NCBI RefSeq assembly: GCF_030144855.1
Contig: NC_082730.1
Location: 13,578,001-13,642,000, forward strand
Reading direction: 5' to 3'
DNA from: Hypanus sabinus
Lineage: Eukaryota
DNA: 64,000 nucleotides
A program made the translations under genes and the position numbers. Positions within the stretch are counted from its first letter, which is position 1. Every line of letters begins with the position of its first letter. The notes beneath the pieces were generated by a model. The model was not told where the DNA came from. It ran no database searches and worked only from the letters and a program-made list of their open reading frames with translations. This document shows positions 11,914-25,201 of the stretch, in pieces.

Positions 11914-12785
11914 GCCGATCTTTTCTAGTTAAACAGTATCTTCGAAGTACTGATCCTTGCTTTCATTTTACTGCGTTATCTTGCCTTGTTCCCATCTCCA
12001 GAATCTCAAGCCTTTTAACAACCAGAATCTCTGCATTCCTCTAAATACGGCCTCTTGACCCTCTAATACTGCAGGCATGCCTTCAACTGTTGCCCTTCTA
12101 CTCATCTCCAACTCTCTCCCCTTTTAAGCTGTCCATAAGACCCCCTTGCCCACGTCAGCAGAGGAAAATCAAGCAAAAAAAGAAGCACTGGAGATGATGG
12201 AATTCTGAAATATAAGCAGGAAGTGCTGGAACCACCCTGCTGGTCAGGGAGCGTCAGAGGACAGTGAAGCAATTAACACGTCAGGCTCTACCCCAGCAGG
12301 AGCATTCAAACCACTGGAGGGACTCAGTACTTCAGGCAGCATCTAAGGGGGATAATGGACAGTTGAGATTTCAGGATGTAAAATGTACCTGCAGTATTTG
12401 GTGTATTGCCCTCTCTTGTGTCCACCCTAGAAGGGACTGACAAAAGACCTAGAAGCTAAAACATTAATGTTCCTTCTTTCCACAGATACTACCTGACCAA
12501 CTGAGCAAAAAGATTTCTGCTTTCACTTCTTACATCTCATCACATAGCCTGGTGTCAGCATCTTAGCTGTTTAATCTTGTGAGGTGCCTCATGGTGCTGT
12601 CTATGTTAAAAGTGCTATTCAAATAAAAAATCCATTTTAGGACCAGTTATTACCCTTGGAACATCAGAGAGGGTAACCTCACACATCCCATCACAGAACT
12701 AATTCCACAATCGATGGACTCAGTTTTAAGGATTCTACTGGTCTTGATATTTATTGCTTATTTATGATTATGACAGAAACATTTT

Positions 12786-14150
12786 TTTCTCAGCTCACGC
12801 TGGTAAAACCTGAAGTGCGGGCAGAGGTAAGCACAATCATTTTACAATTGTTAGGAACTTTTGGACTACTCTAGTGGTGGTTAGTATTGTGCCTTTCTGA
12901 AGATTTGTATAGAAATTGCAGTGTAGCCCTAATTCTTTAATGCTATTGTGTTGTGTATTTGGGATGAAACCAGTTGTAGATATTGCTATTAGGACAATGT
13001 ATACTCTGTTCATGTCCCAAAGTCTTATCTTCCAATTTCCTCTTTTTATTGAGCATATTTCTGGTGTTTTTCACTTACTGATTTTTGTAGGTTTTGTGTG
13101 TTTGGAATGGCTATATCTATTAAGCAGGTTGTTCTTGCTTGCTTATCCTGTATTGTTATATCTGGATGGTTATTATGGATTGTCCTATCTGTAATAATGG
13201 ATCAGTCGTAATATAATTTTTGGTATTCTGACTTGAAAGCTCGATCAGGCTTGTATTTATTGTAAGGGATGATTTTTTATGTTTGTATTTTAAAGCAAGA
13301 TTATGATGAATGATGTTTGCTACTTGATTGTGCCTGTGTAAGTAATCAGACTGAGTTAAACTGCTACAGGATCCTGTAATGTTTTGGATTATTTATGGTT
13401 TTTCTTGACATTTTCTATATTTATCATCTTGAATTTGTTGCTCTTTTATTATGTATTTTGTTTTGTTTTTGTGGTAACCACTTGGTCCTATATTACCACA
13501 AGGAATCCTTCTGTTTCTGGGAAGAGGTCTTTAATTCTGAGCCAGGCGTTTGACTCATCCTTGTCAACATCTAGTCTGCACAGATCATGGGGATGTGTTT
13601 CATGTGTTCCATGTGTTCCATGAAGGGTCATGCTCTTCCATTAGTTAACAGTGATAATTTCTTCATTTTTCTGTGTATTGCTCTCATTTGAGTTTAATGG
13701 TATGTACTTCTTATCAGAATTGCATATGCTCACATGGAGTATTGAATCCTGTTTTCATTGATGATAATATGTCCTCAGAAGTTTTTAATCTCTGTTATTC
13801 CTCTTCCTCCTTCCCTCCACAGTAGTGTTAATCTAAGTGCATTTGAGTGTACATAACGTTTTCTGAAATTTGTCATTTCTTTCTTCTTATTTTTCTTTGT
13901 AAATTTTCCAGATCTGTTTCAGACTAGGGTATCATGTCGAAAGGATACATCAATATAGATATATGGAAGGTGTTTAATGTCTTTGTTATGTTTTTACTGC
14001 TGAGCTCTGATTGGTAGATTTTCTTAAACCTTGAGCTAAATTCTGTCAAAAGTTTTTCCTTCCTCGCACTATGATCTATGCTTTTTCTTTGCTTGCTGAT
14101 ATCCCAGATACTTATATGTTTAATATTTATCCATCAGTTGTATTGTATCT
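12786..14150 (-). mobile_element. R4/Dong(Rex6)-like non-LTR retrotransposon, 5'-truncated and degenerate
   Basis: Minus-strand translation: YKYLGYQQ, LTL..EGGRG, CCHC-like (KC..I..ITGSC..YLHRHNQV) and restriction-like endonuclease motif (PDI..IDIAIP..K..KY). Confidence 0.8.
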
Positions 14151-14165
14151 TATTATTGCAATTTA

Positions 14166-14300
14166 TTTTTTCTCAGCTTAAGCTGGTAAAACCTGGGATA
14201 CAGGAATAGCCAAGTTTGTTCATTTCTCAATTACTAGGGACTTTAGGACTATTCTAGTGCTGTTTAGTATTGTGGCTTTCTGAAGATTTACACAGATACT
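14166..14300 (-). mobile_element. Second R4/Dong-like 3' end in tandem with the first
   Basis: NLQKATILNSTRIV..IEK* plus 3' UTR, matching 12786-12915. Confidence 0.78.
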
Positions 14301-15525
14301 ATAATTAATATCATTATTTTCTTTTTTTGTGTGTTTCCAAAATTTGTTGTCTTTTGCAGATTGGATTTTTGACTTTCTCTGCCCCGTGTGGTTTTTCATC
14401 GATTCTATTGAATTTCTTTCTATTTGCTGTAAATGCCCACAAGAAAGTTAAGCTCAGGGTCGTATATGGAGTAATACTGTATATGTACTTCGGTAATAAA
14501 TTTACTTTGAACTTTGAAATGTTTAAAAAGTTGTTGCTGTTTTGCTCATAGCCTGTTCTGCATTTTAATCAACAGTTTCAGTTTACCCTTTAAATGCATG
14601 GGCTTTCATGGGGACTGAGAAACTTACTGGCAGGTCATAGATTCTTGCCTAGATTTTATAATTTCTAAATTAGTTTTCCTTATATCACCTGTCGATCCTT
14701 GTAAATTGCTGCAAACACCTTTCCTCGGGCCCTAAATTTCTCTAATTATGGGAGCAGTTTCATACACAGGGCAATTTAGATCTCTGGAAGTTCCAAGTTT
14801 TAACCACCCTCTCACCTCTTAAAAAACATACACAAAATGTTCTGCTTTTCTTTGCTTCCTGCAAAAGTAGATAATTTCGCAATTCTTCATAACATTTTGC
14901 AATTAATTTTGGCCCAGTCACCAAACGGGCTTTATACTTGTACAATATGGCTCGTAACAGTCCACTTTGTGCATTAAAAAATAGAAAGTGATTTAAAAAA
15001 TAGATGATCAATAAGCCTTTGTCATTTGCTTGGGACATGGCCGTGCTTAAAGTAGCTTTAATTATTTAATTATAAAAGTAGCTTATAATTATTAATAATT
15101 ATTTTAGTTATTTATATGTAATCATTTAAATATAAATACATCTATCTGGAGTAGATGATGCACAAAGCTGATGAAAGTAAGGAAAACTTGGATCATCTTC
15201 AAAAAATCCCAAAGCAATTTGAAACCATGTCATATTGTAATGAAGGAAGTATGATGGCTGATTTGTGTACAAGTTTGCACATACATCCAGAAATATAAGG
15301 CACTAATTTTTATCCTCATGTCTCCATGGTTGGATATGTCCAATTCTCTAGGAAACGATATATCCAGGAGGTGGAGAGATTGAATGATAGTGATCGCAAG
15401 ATATTCCATCCTTTTAAATTAGCTGCTGAATTGCAGACTCTTCTAGTTGTCCCTAGTTATACTAAAATCTAACTTGCATATTATCAAATACCAATGTGAT
15501 TTCAAGAACAGATGCAGTCACTTAC

Positions 15526-15565
15526 CTGACAGGGAGATCATGAAGTAAAGAAGCACAAAGTCCAT
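15526..15565 (-). CDS. Gene A exon 1: signal peptide of a CD300/pIgR-like receptor (MDFVLLYFMISLS-V)
   Basis: ATG at 15565, 40 nt hydrophobic leader ending G|gtaagt (phase 1); joins the V exon to give MDFVLLYFMISLSVANA|TLRG. Confidence 0.85.
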
Positions 15566-15610
15566 GGTTTACTGCTTTTGAATCCTGTGAAGCATATGAT
15601 ATTGTTCCTA

Positions 15611-15683
15611 TTTTATATCTTTGCACAACTCTACTGAGTTTCACTGGTTTCAGGAAGCATACTTGTAGGAATGGGGTGGAACT
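15611..15683 (-). promoter_or_regulatory. Candidate core promoter of gene A (TATA, C/EBP-like and ETS/PU.1-like motifs)
   Basis: TATAAAA on minus at 15617-15611, 46 bp upstream of the ATG; TTGCACAA 15621-15628; CAGGAAG 15651-15657; GGGGTGGAACT 15673-15683. Confidence 0.45.
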
Positions 15684-18565
15684 TGTGACAAAATGAATTA
15701 CAGTACTCTGATATTCATATTTTTATGATTCCAGCTCTCTGCTAATTACAAGAATAGCCATTAAGGAATGGCTGAGTAAATATCGTTTTTAGTGACTGTA
15801 TTTTGATATTATGTATTTTGTATTATGATAAGTTATTTCTTAAAACTAGTGGAGTGGAATACCAAATTGCTGTCTTTGATAGCTGTCTGGGTCATGTGTT
15901 AAACAGCAGATGCTCTGTTTAATTCAGAATAGTCCAATGTAATTAAGGACCTGACCTTAAGGTGTGCTGAAAGGAGGTTAGGTGGAAAATATTGACAAAA
16001 AATGCTGGAAATACTCAGCAGGTCAGGCCGCATCTGTGGAAAGAGAAGGAGGCAGGAAAGATGGATAAGACAAAAGGAATAAACAATAATAGAGAATAGT
16101 TTAAATGGGTTATAGGGGCAAATGTAGACTTATTCAGAAGGTTAAGGCACTTGGGGCCAAGGTGAGCTGGCTAATTGGATCTAAAATTAGTTTGGTGATA
16201 GAAGCAGAAGATAGGATGTTTTTCACATAGGAAGATTTTGACAAGCGAATACACAGGGATTGGTGTGGTTACCATTCATCGTTGTAATGGTTACTAATGA
16301 CCTGGATGTGAATAGAAGTGGTATTTCAAGATTCAAGAATCAAGATTAATTTATTATCAAAGAATGCATAAGTTATACAACTTTGAGATTTGCTTGCTTT
16401 TATTATCAAAGAATGTACAAATTATACAACCTTGAGACTTGCTTGCTGACAGGTAGCACAAAGCAAGAAACCCAAAAGAGCCCAATTAAAAAAAAAATGA
16501 AAATATAGAAGTAAGACTCGATGTGCAAGAGAAAGAAAAAAGAAATTTTAATCATGCAAACAATTGAAGCGATCAACAACAACATTCCAAACCAAAAATT
16601 AAGTTGCCGTATCTGAGCCCCGGAGTAGGCCCAAAGCCTCACTTATCAATTCATCATATTAGTGGTCATGGAGCACAGCAGCTGGGGCAGCCTTCATAGC
16701 CTCAGTGCCATGGAGATGGCTACCATAGAGAACAAGCGAAATTGGCTCTCGTCCCAACCAATGCCCTTGTCTTTTCAGTCTGTCTAGGCTGGCATTTAAA
16801 TTGACCCCACAGCGGAACAGTGAAAAGCTCCTACACCCTGGAGAAGGAGCGAAGATCATGGAGAGTGAATAAAATTCACTCTCACCTCTGATCTAGGGCA
16901 GCATTTAAATAGTCTAAACAGCAAATTGTAAGCATGGCAACCAGTCCTTTTGACCGAACAAACCCATGCTGTCGATGTGACCAATTAACCTACTAATCCA
17001 TACATCTTTGGAATATGGGATGAAGTTGGAGCACCCAGAGGAATCTCACACAGACACAGGAAGAGTGTACAAACTCCCTACGCACAATGATGGGATTTGA
17101 ACCCAGGTCACTGGCATTAGAGATGACACAAATAATACTGGCGTTGTGATTAGCAAGGAAGGTTGTCTATGGTAAGGTGTAGATCAGATTGAGTAGAGTG
17201 TCGACAGATGGAATTTAATCACATGAAGTGTGATGCAATTCACTTGACAAGTGAAGTAGAGATAGGACACATGTAATAAATGGTTGGGCTCAAACGATTG
17301 TTGATAAACAGACACATAGTGGTCAGCTTCATAATTCCCTGATAGCAGCAACACAGATTGGCAGAGAGTTGAAGAAGGCCGGTAATGTGCCCACCTTCAT
17401 CGTTTGTGACATAGAATGTAAGAGTTGAGATGTTATGTTACAACTTTCCTTAACTATGGTTCAGTTATACTTTGAGCATTGTGTGCACTTTTCTTTGCCA
17501 TGTCATAGGAACATTGTGAATGTGCTGCAGAGAACGCAGAGGAGAATCACCAGAAAGTTGCCTGGACAGAAGGACTTCAGGCTGAAGACAGATTGGATAG
17601 GCAAGTCTTGTTTATTTTGGAGTGAAGGAGGTCGAGGGGAAATGTGATAGATACTGCAAATGAATGGCACAGTTAAGATAGATAGTTAAACTATGTTCTC
17701 CTGGTAGGAGTATCAAAAACAAGATGGCATAGCTTGAAGATGGGAGGAAGGTGTTTTAAAGGAGATCTGTGGGGTATGTCTTACACAAAGTGAAGCTGAT
17801 ATCTGGAATGATCTGCCAAAGGAGGAGGAGAAGTTAGATACAAGAAGAATTTAGACAATCTCCAAAATAGGAAAGGAATAGGAGGACATGGTCTAGTATA
17901 GAGAGGCACAAGGTTTGGCATAGGAGTGGTGGGCTTGAACTTTGAACTTTGAACATGTAGTGAAATGCGCCATTGGTGTCAATGACCAGCGCAGTCCAAG
18001 CAAAGCGCTGGGGGCAGCGCGCAAGTGTCATCACACTTCCGCCACCAACATAGCATGCCCACAACTTACTAACCCTAATGGAATGTGGAAAGAAATGGTA
18101 GCACCACAGGAAACCCACGCAGTCACGGGGAGAATGAAAAAACTCCTTACAGGCAGAAGCGGGAATCAAACCTGGAGCTGTGATCAATGGCGCAGTAAAG
18201 CGACTGTGCTACACCACAACACTGTGTTCTCTAATATTGATGAGATGTTATGGTCATCTAGTTCTACTGCAAATACATTGCTCGGCTTCCAAGTGCTCTA
18301 TAAAGAAATGGAAGTTTCTTTTGCTATCAGTTCACTTTTAACCCAGTTTCAGTCACACTGGAGCCAAGCTTTCCAATGAACTCTAATAATCCATTACTTG
18401 CAGCATTTCCCCTGACCTTAGGCTGATTGTGTGAATGGGGGAAAAGTCTTTTGTTAATTTATTTTTTGAAGAGTGGTTTTCTTAATAATCCTTGCATAAG
18501 TATCTCCCTGTGAATTCTCCTTAAATAAAACGATGAGATATTTTACTATGTTAAAGCCACATTAT

Positions 18566-18777
18566 AAATAAATAAAAACACAAAATGCTGACAGAACTCA
18601 GCAGGCCATCAGTATCTATGGGAGGAGGTAGTGACGACGTTTTGGGCCGAAACCCTTCGGCCCGAAATGTCGTCACTCCTGATGAAGGGTTTCGGCCCGA
18701 AATGTCGTCACTACCTCCTCCCATAGATGCTGTCTGGCCTGCTGAGTTCTGCCAGCATTTTGTGCTTTTATTTATTT
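18566..18777. repeat. 212-bp fold-back of a Penelope-type pLTR segment with a hammerhead core
   Basis: Arms 18566-18657 and 18685-18777 are near-perfect reverse complements; 27-nt spacer; CTGATGA..GAAA at 18679-18702. Confidence 0.88.
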
Positions 18778-19229
18778 CCAGCATCTGCAGATTCACTCGT
18801 GTTGTATTATAAGTAAATTGTTATTTTTAACACCTCAGTTATAACTCAAATGGTATTTGTAAATGGTGATTATAAAGTTGTTTGTCTTGCTTATTCCTAA
18901 AAACCATTGAAGAGTGATCATAGCCTTCATCATCGTAGGAAATGGTCAAACTTGAGGATAGATATGGACCTTATTGTAATGTAGAACATGTGACACTGAA
19001 TTAATGATCTCTCATCAATGTTATTGCAAAATTAATATCGCTCCTTGTCAGTCTAGTTCTAAGTATATTCAAAATGTTATAAGTTATGTTCCTCAAATCA
19101 CAATGTGGACTTTGTCTAAATAGTTATATGGGAGAATATGATAACTCCAGGAGAGATGTAGGAGCAACAACCATCATTACACAAGAATATTTTGACCTTA
19201 CTAAAACCTTTGACTCCATCACAGGACCA

Positions 19230-19960
19230 TGAGACCATAGGATATAGAAACATATTAAGGCCATTTCTCCCATTGAGGCTGCTCTGCCATTCCACCATGG
19301 CTGATTTATTATCCCTCATAACCACATTCTCCTGACTTATCCCTTCACCCGATGCCCTTACTAATCAAGAACCTATCGACCTTCGCTTTAAATATACCCA
19401 ATAAAGTTGCCTCCGCTGTCATCTGTAGCAATGAATTCCACAGGTTCACTACCCTCTGGCTAAAGAAATTCCTCCTCATCTCTGGTCTGAAAGGATGTCC
19501 TTGTATTCTGAGGCTGTGCCCTCTGGTCGTGGAGTCTCCCACTACAGGGAACATCCTCTCAATATCCACTCTATCTACATAGTTCAATATTTGATAGGTT
19601 TCAGTGAGGTCCTCCCTCATTCTTTTAAGCTCCAGCAAATACAGGTCTAGAGCCATCAAATGTTCCTAATACATTAAACCTTTCATTCCTAGGACCATTC
19701 TCTTGAACCTCCTTTGAACCTCTCCAACGCCAACACATCCTCTCTTAGATATGTGGTCCAAAACTGCCCACAATAGTCCAAGTGCGGTATGATCAAAAGT
19801 GTGGTCAGCATTACATCTTTGCTTTTATATTCTACTCCTCCCGATACGAATGATAACATTGCATTTGCCTTCCTTACCACCAATTCAACTTGCAAGTTAA
19901 CCTTTAGGAAATCCTGAACAAGGATTTCCAAGTTCTGCTACCCCTCTGAGTTTTGAACTT
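19230..19960 (-). mobile_element. CR1-type LINE 3' fragment
   Basis: ORFs 19345-19659 and 19689-19931 (MRRNFFSQRVVNLWNSL, IIPHLDYC). Confidence 0.8.
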
Positions 19961-20279
19961 GCTCCCCATTTAGAAAATAGTCTATGCCTTCACTCCTTCT
20001 GCCAAAGTGCATACATTTTTCTCCCATCCACTTCCCTTTCCTCAATTGGGAGAAACTGTGGAATATTCTCATAAAGTCTGGCTACCTAATGATATTTGTT
20101 TTAGTGCATGTAAAGAATGATTCTACCAATGGGTCCTGCAACAGAACTATTCTTAGTGGCAACCATTGTCAAACAAGTCTCCATTACTGTTCTGAATTTT
20201 TTTTCAATATTTCTTACTACAATGCTGTACATTCATCCTGCAGGAGTGCAGCTAATGTTCAGAACTAATAAGAAACTAT

Positions 20280-21620
20280 TCATCCTAGAGACCACACCTC
20301 ACTTGATCTTCAGTAGCTGAATTGCAGCCTATAGATGACACCTGCATCTGCAATAACCTCAATAATAAGCAAATGCTTTGAGAGGCTGGTCGATGACTGC
20401 ATCTGCAGCTTGATACCACCCACATTGGACCCCCTACAAATTTCCTACCGACACAACTGATTGATAGATGACGTAATAGCCACAGCTTAACACACCATCC
20501 TTTCACATCCGGAGAAGAAGGATGCTTATGTGAGAAAGCTGTTCTTGGACTATAGTTCAATATTCAACACCATAATTCTCTTCAGGCTTAACAAGAAGCT
20601 CAGAGACCTCAGCCTTCACCCTGCCTTCTGCAGCTGGATCCTAAACCTCCTGTCAGTTCATCGTCAGGTGGTAAGAGTGGGGTCCCTTACCTCTGCCTCT
20701 ATGACCCTCAACACAGGCGCCCCTCAGGGCTGTGTCCTAAGCCCCCTCCATTATTCTCTGTATACCCATGACTGTGTCGCTACCCACAATGACAATATGC
20801 TAATTAAATTTGCTGATGACACTATATTAATTGGCCTTATCTCAAATAATAATGAGGCAGCCTACAGAAAAGAAGTCATCAACCTGACATAGCGGTGTCA
20901 AGAAAGCAACCTCTCTCTGAATGTCGCAAAAACAAAAGGGTTGGTTGTGGACTACAGGAGGAATGGAGATGGGCTAACCCCTATTGACATCAATGGATCT
21001 CGGGTTGAGAGGGTGAACAGCTTTAAATTCCTTGGCATACACATCACAGAGGATCTCATGTGGCCTGTACATACTGGAAGTGTGGTGAAAAAAGAACAAT
21101 AGCGTCTCTTTCACCTCAGATGGTTGAAGAAGTTTGTTATGGGCCCCCAAATCCTAAGAACTTTCTACAGGGGCACAGTTGAGAGCATCCTGACAGGCTG
21201 CATCACTGCCTGGTATGGGAACTCCCTTAATCGCAGGAGTCTGCAGAGAGTGACGTGGACAGCCCAGTGCATCTATAGATGTGAACTTCCCACTATACAG
21301 GACATTTACAAAGACAGGTGTGTAGAAAGGTCTCGAAGGATCATTGGGAACTCAAGTCACCACAGACACAAACTTTTCCAGATGCTATCATCCAGGAAAT
21401 GGTACTGCAGCATATTAGCCAGGACCAATATGCTCCAGGACAGCTTCTTCAATTAGACTGATTAATTCAGGCTGATACAATTGTATTTCAATGCTATATT
21501 GACTGTTCTGTTGTACATATTATTTATTACAAATTACTATAAACTGCACATTGCATATTTAGATAGAGATGTAATGTAAAGATTTTTACTCCTCATGCAT
21601 ATGAAGGATGTAAGAAATAA
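20280..21620 (+). mobile_element. Rex1/Babar-type LINE, 5'-truncated
   Basis: LFLDYSSIFNTI, TGAPQGCVLSP, KFADDT, FYRGTVESILTGCIT. Confidence 0.85.
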
Positions 21621-23828
21621 AGCCAATTCAATGCACTGGGGCATCGTGTTCCCATCCATCATTGCTGATGTCACTGAAACATGTCAGAGAATGGGTTTTA
21701 CACACAACATTAACAATATAAAAGTCCTCTACCAGCCTACTGAGGTGCGTACCACAACCCTCCGACAAAAAAGATTCTTGGCAAAATGATGGATAATTTG
21801 GACCACTTCTCGCATGTTGAATTGTCCTCTTGACAAAAACAGCTGTCAAGGATGAAAATCCTCATCGATGAACAAGCACAGATTTTGACTAATTAAGGAA
21901 AAGGGTGTGTGAAAATTATTACTGCAGACCTAAAACAAAGCATTTATTTTTTATTTTTATTTTACTTAGAGCTATATCCATTGTATCTAGTATAAGGTGG
22001 CACTGGTGAATATCAGTGACTACTTGTTGGTGGCAAATAAAACAAAGAAAACAACTACATACTTCATTAATTACATTTATTAAATGATCACTGTAAACAA
22101 TAGTCTGTAATTTCTTTGTTGGAGCTGAGGTTTGGAACTTCCTTTACAATCTGGTATTTTTGCAGTGTGAACTGAAGTCTTGGAGGAGTAGGACAGTGGC
22201 ATTATGGTGTGAATAGGCCAAATTGTGGCACCAGGGCCTGGGCATGAGAGCAGGGAATGAGCCAATGTTTGACCATTGCTGGATGGACGTGGAGGCAATT
22301 CGATGAGGCAGAACCGAGGTGAGGCAGAGTTCAGGTAGATCCTGGGCCCGAGAGTGAGGAAAGACCCAAGGTTTGATTGACTTCAGCACTAGCCTGAATC
22401 GGAAAGGCCAGATGCGGGATGAATTGAGGTGGCAGGGATCAGGCCTGAGAGCATTTGAGGTGGCAGGGCCCACGTCCAAGGACAAGGAATAACCCTAAGT
22501 TTTTTTGATTTAAGCACTGGACAATATTAAAATAACAATCTTGAAATAATAACAATAAATCTCTTAGCTGATTCCAGGGTTAGTTCTTGCATTGTCTATA
22601 ACAAGTTTTCATTAAGATAAATTTTATTGAACATACATCTATTGCATTGGTTATCATTATGCCCTTAGGGAATAAAGTATTGCTACCCAGGGAAGAAAAG
22701 CTACCATTAAAGATTGATGAGACTGGTGTGTTAAATTGTTCCATAATTTTACAGTTACCATTTATTGGAAGTGGACAGTCAGCAGGTGAAAATAGGTATG
22801 CATGACAGAACTTACCCCTTATGGACTTTTAGTAACTCATTCTGGTTGGTATGGTGATTAAGAGCACATCCTCAACTAAATGGATCTGATGACATCAAAT
22901 TACAAATATCCAGAAGATTAGGCAGAATTTGTGGAGAATGAAATTTTGAGTTAATGTTGATGAAGTAAATTGCTCTTAAGTTAATCTTTACACAAAGTAT
23001 GATTAGGCCTCACTCCCTGCCCTCTCCCTTCCCCTTTTCCCAACCATGATTTCCCTCTCCCCGCCCCCTTCCCATTCTCAGTCCACAATAGGGACCCATA
23101 TCAGAATCAGGTTTATTATCACTGATATGTGACAGGAAATTTGTTAACTTAACAGCAGTAGCAGTACAATGCAATACATGATAATATATAAAGATAAAAT
23201 TAACCAAATAAATAAATTACATTAACTATATATATGTGTATAGAATAGATTAAAAATAGAGACAATGGGCCAAGTTCACTACTGAGTTGTGCCACTCTAT
23301 TGCAGGCTGGCAAAATATTTTGCTATTTACAGTCTACTGTATCAGGAGTGGCAAACCTTTTTTGAAAGCATGTTTCCAAATTAGTGATAATCTGAAAAAT
23401 ATTCTTGGGTTCCATGGTTTTCATTGATTAAAGAATTAGTAACAATTCAAAGATTCAAAGTATGAATGAGTGAATGAAATTTTATTTTTCAGTCTGTACA
23501 AACATAACAAAAAGCATAATTTTCAATGATGATTTCATAAGACAAAATTAAATAATAAAAATCTTTAAAACAAGGTAGATTTTATTATCAAAAGTATGTA
23601 TGTGGTATTGAACCCTAAGATTCGTCTTCCCACAGATAGCTATGGAAGGAAGAAAGACCATGGAACCTGTTCAAAGAAAACATCGAACGTCCAACGCGCA
23701 AAAAAAGACAACAAATTGTGCAAATGGCAAAAACCGAGTGAAAAACACAGAATATAAAACATCAGACCACAGAGTCAGTTAAACAGTCTACGGGTGTTCA
23801 GTTCAGTTCAATTTAGCACTGTGTAGTT

Positions 23829-25201
23829 CGGGGGTCGGCAACCCGCGGCTCCGGAGCCACATGTGGCTCTTTTACGTCTGTGCTGCGGCTCCCTGTTGCT
23901 TTGGGAAATAATTGGTCAGTATTTAATTAAAATGTATTTTATGTTAGTTTGTTAGTTTTTGAAATGTAATTCTAAATTTGAAGATTATGGTGATCTTGTA
24001 CAATCTAATTAAGACGTTGTGGCATTTCCTGACACATCCGAACCGGCTCACAATTAGCCAGCGTTCAGGCTAAGGGAGATAGCCTACAGGGGTTTGTGAG
24101 TACGTGTCTTTTGCAGCATCCGCGCCCATGGGGGGCGGGTTGAGGGAGGCTTAAAAGCAAGGCTGTTTAGTTCGAATAAAGCTATCTTTGACTGCAGTTT
24201 ACTGACTGCGTGTAGCACACCGCTACAACGTGTTTTTATCGCTGGCTGTCCAGAGGGAAGGTGCTGAAACGCTTTGTCGCGTGTCTGGAAGAAGTGAAAA
24301 CTTTCCTGGGCAGCAAAGGGCCCACCGTTCCTGAGCTGGAACAGCCAGAGTGGCTGGAAAAGCTACACTTCATGGTAGACATGACAGCGCACCTGAACAC
24401 GCTGAACACAGCTCTTCAGGGGTAAGGACGTACAGCCCTGCACATGTTGGAGGATGTTTTGGCATTCGAGCGCAAGTTGACAGTGCTTGCCAGAGATTTA
24501 CAGAAAGGCACATTGTCTCACTTCCCCAATTTGAGAGAGTTCAAACAAGGTCACGACATGATAAATTCGGAGTATTTACATTCTGCAATCATCGCAATGC
24601 AAACATCATTTGGGAAACACTTCTGTGAGTTCAGAGAGGAAAAAAACACATTATCCTTCCCGGTCACTTCCCTAAGCATCGATCCATCCCTACTGAATAT
24701 GACTGCATTGTCAGGTGTGAGTCAACCTGAAGAAGTATGATAAATATTTTAATTGCGTATTATTTTACGTATATTCATATGTTTTCATTGTTCAGTGAAA
24801 TAGTCCTTTTATTTTTCAGGTTGACAGCTGGCTGACGTTATTTTTGGTTTGCTGCTGGCGGCAAATTTAAGTTTGGCGTTTTTCATAAATACAAGAAGGA
24901 CTCAAATAGACGTTGAGTATTTTACTTAAAAGTAACCTTCAACCCAACGTCTTTTTTTCGGAGTTCAAAATGTTTTTGTTGCATGCAGAAATGTAATTTC
25001 GTTTTCTCTGCAGGAGTTCATCAATTTCATAAATGCAACACATTATAGTTTGTTTATACATAGCATAAAGGCAAAACAAAACGTTGTATGCAGTGTTATT
25101 TCATTTTAAATGTCAAACGGGTTTTGCGGCTCCCAGTGTTTTCTTTTCTGTGGGAAACGGGTCCAAGTGGCTCTTTCAGTGATAAAGGTTGCTGACCCCT
25201 G
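23829..25201 (+). mobile_element. Internally deleted hAT (Charlie/Buster-type) DNA transposon, 1373 bp
   Basis: 15-bp TIRs (13/15 match), perfect 8-bp TSD GTGTAGTT at 23821-23828 and 25202-25209; transposase C-terminal fragment at about 24240-24740 (LSRGKVLKRF..WLEKLHFMVDMTAHLNTLN). Confidence 0.92.

Noticed and set aside
12793-12826. Plus-strand exon-like segment (tttttttctcag...gag|gtaagc)
   Set aside because: It is the antisense 3' end of the R4-like element, and no plus-strand gene context was found
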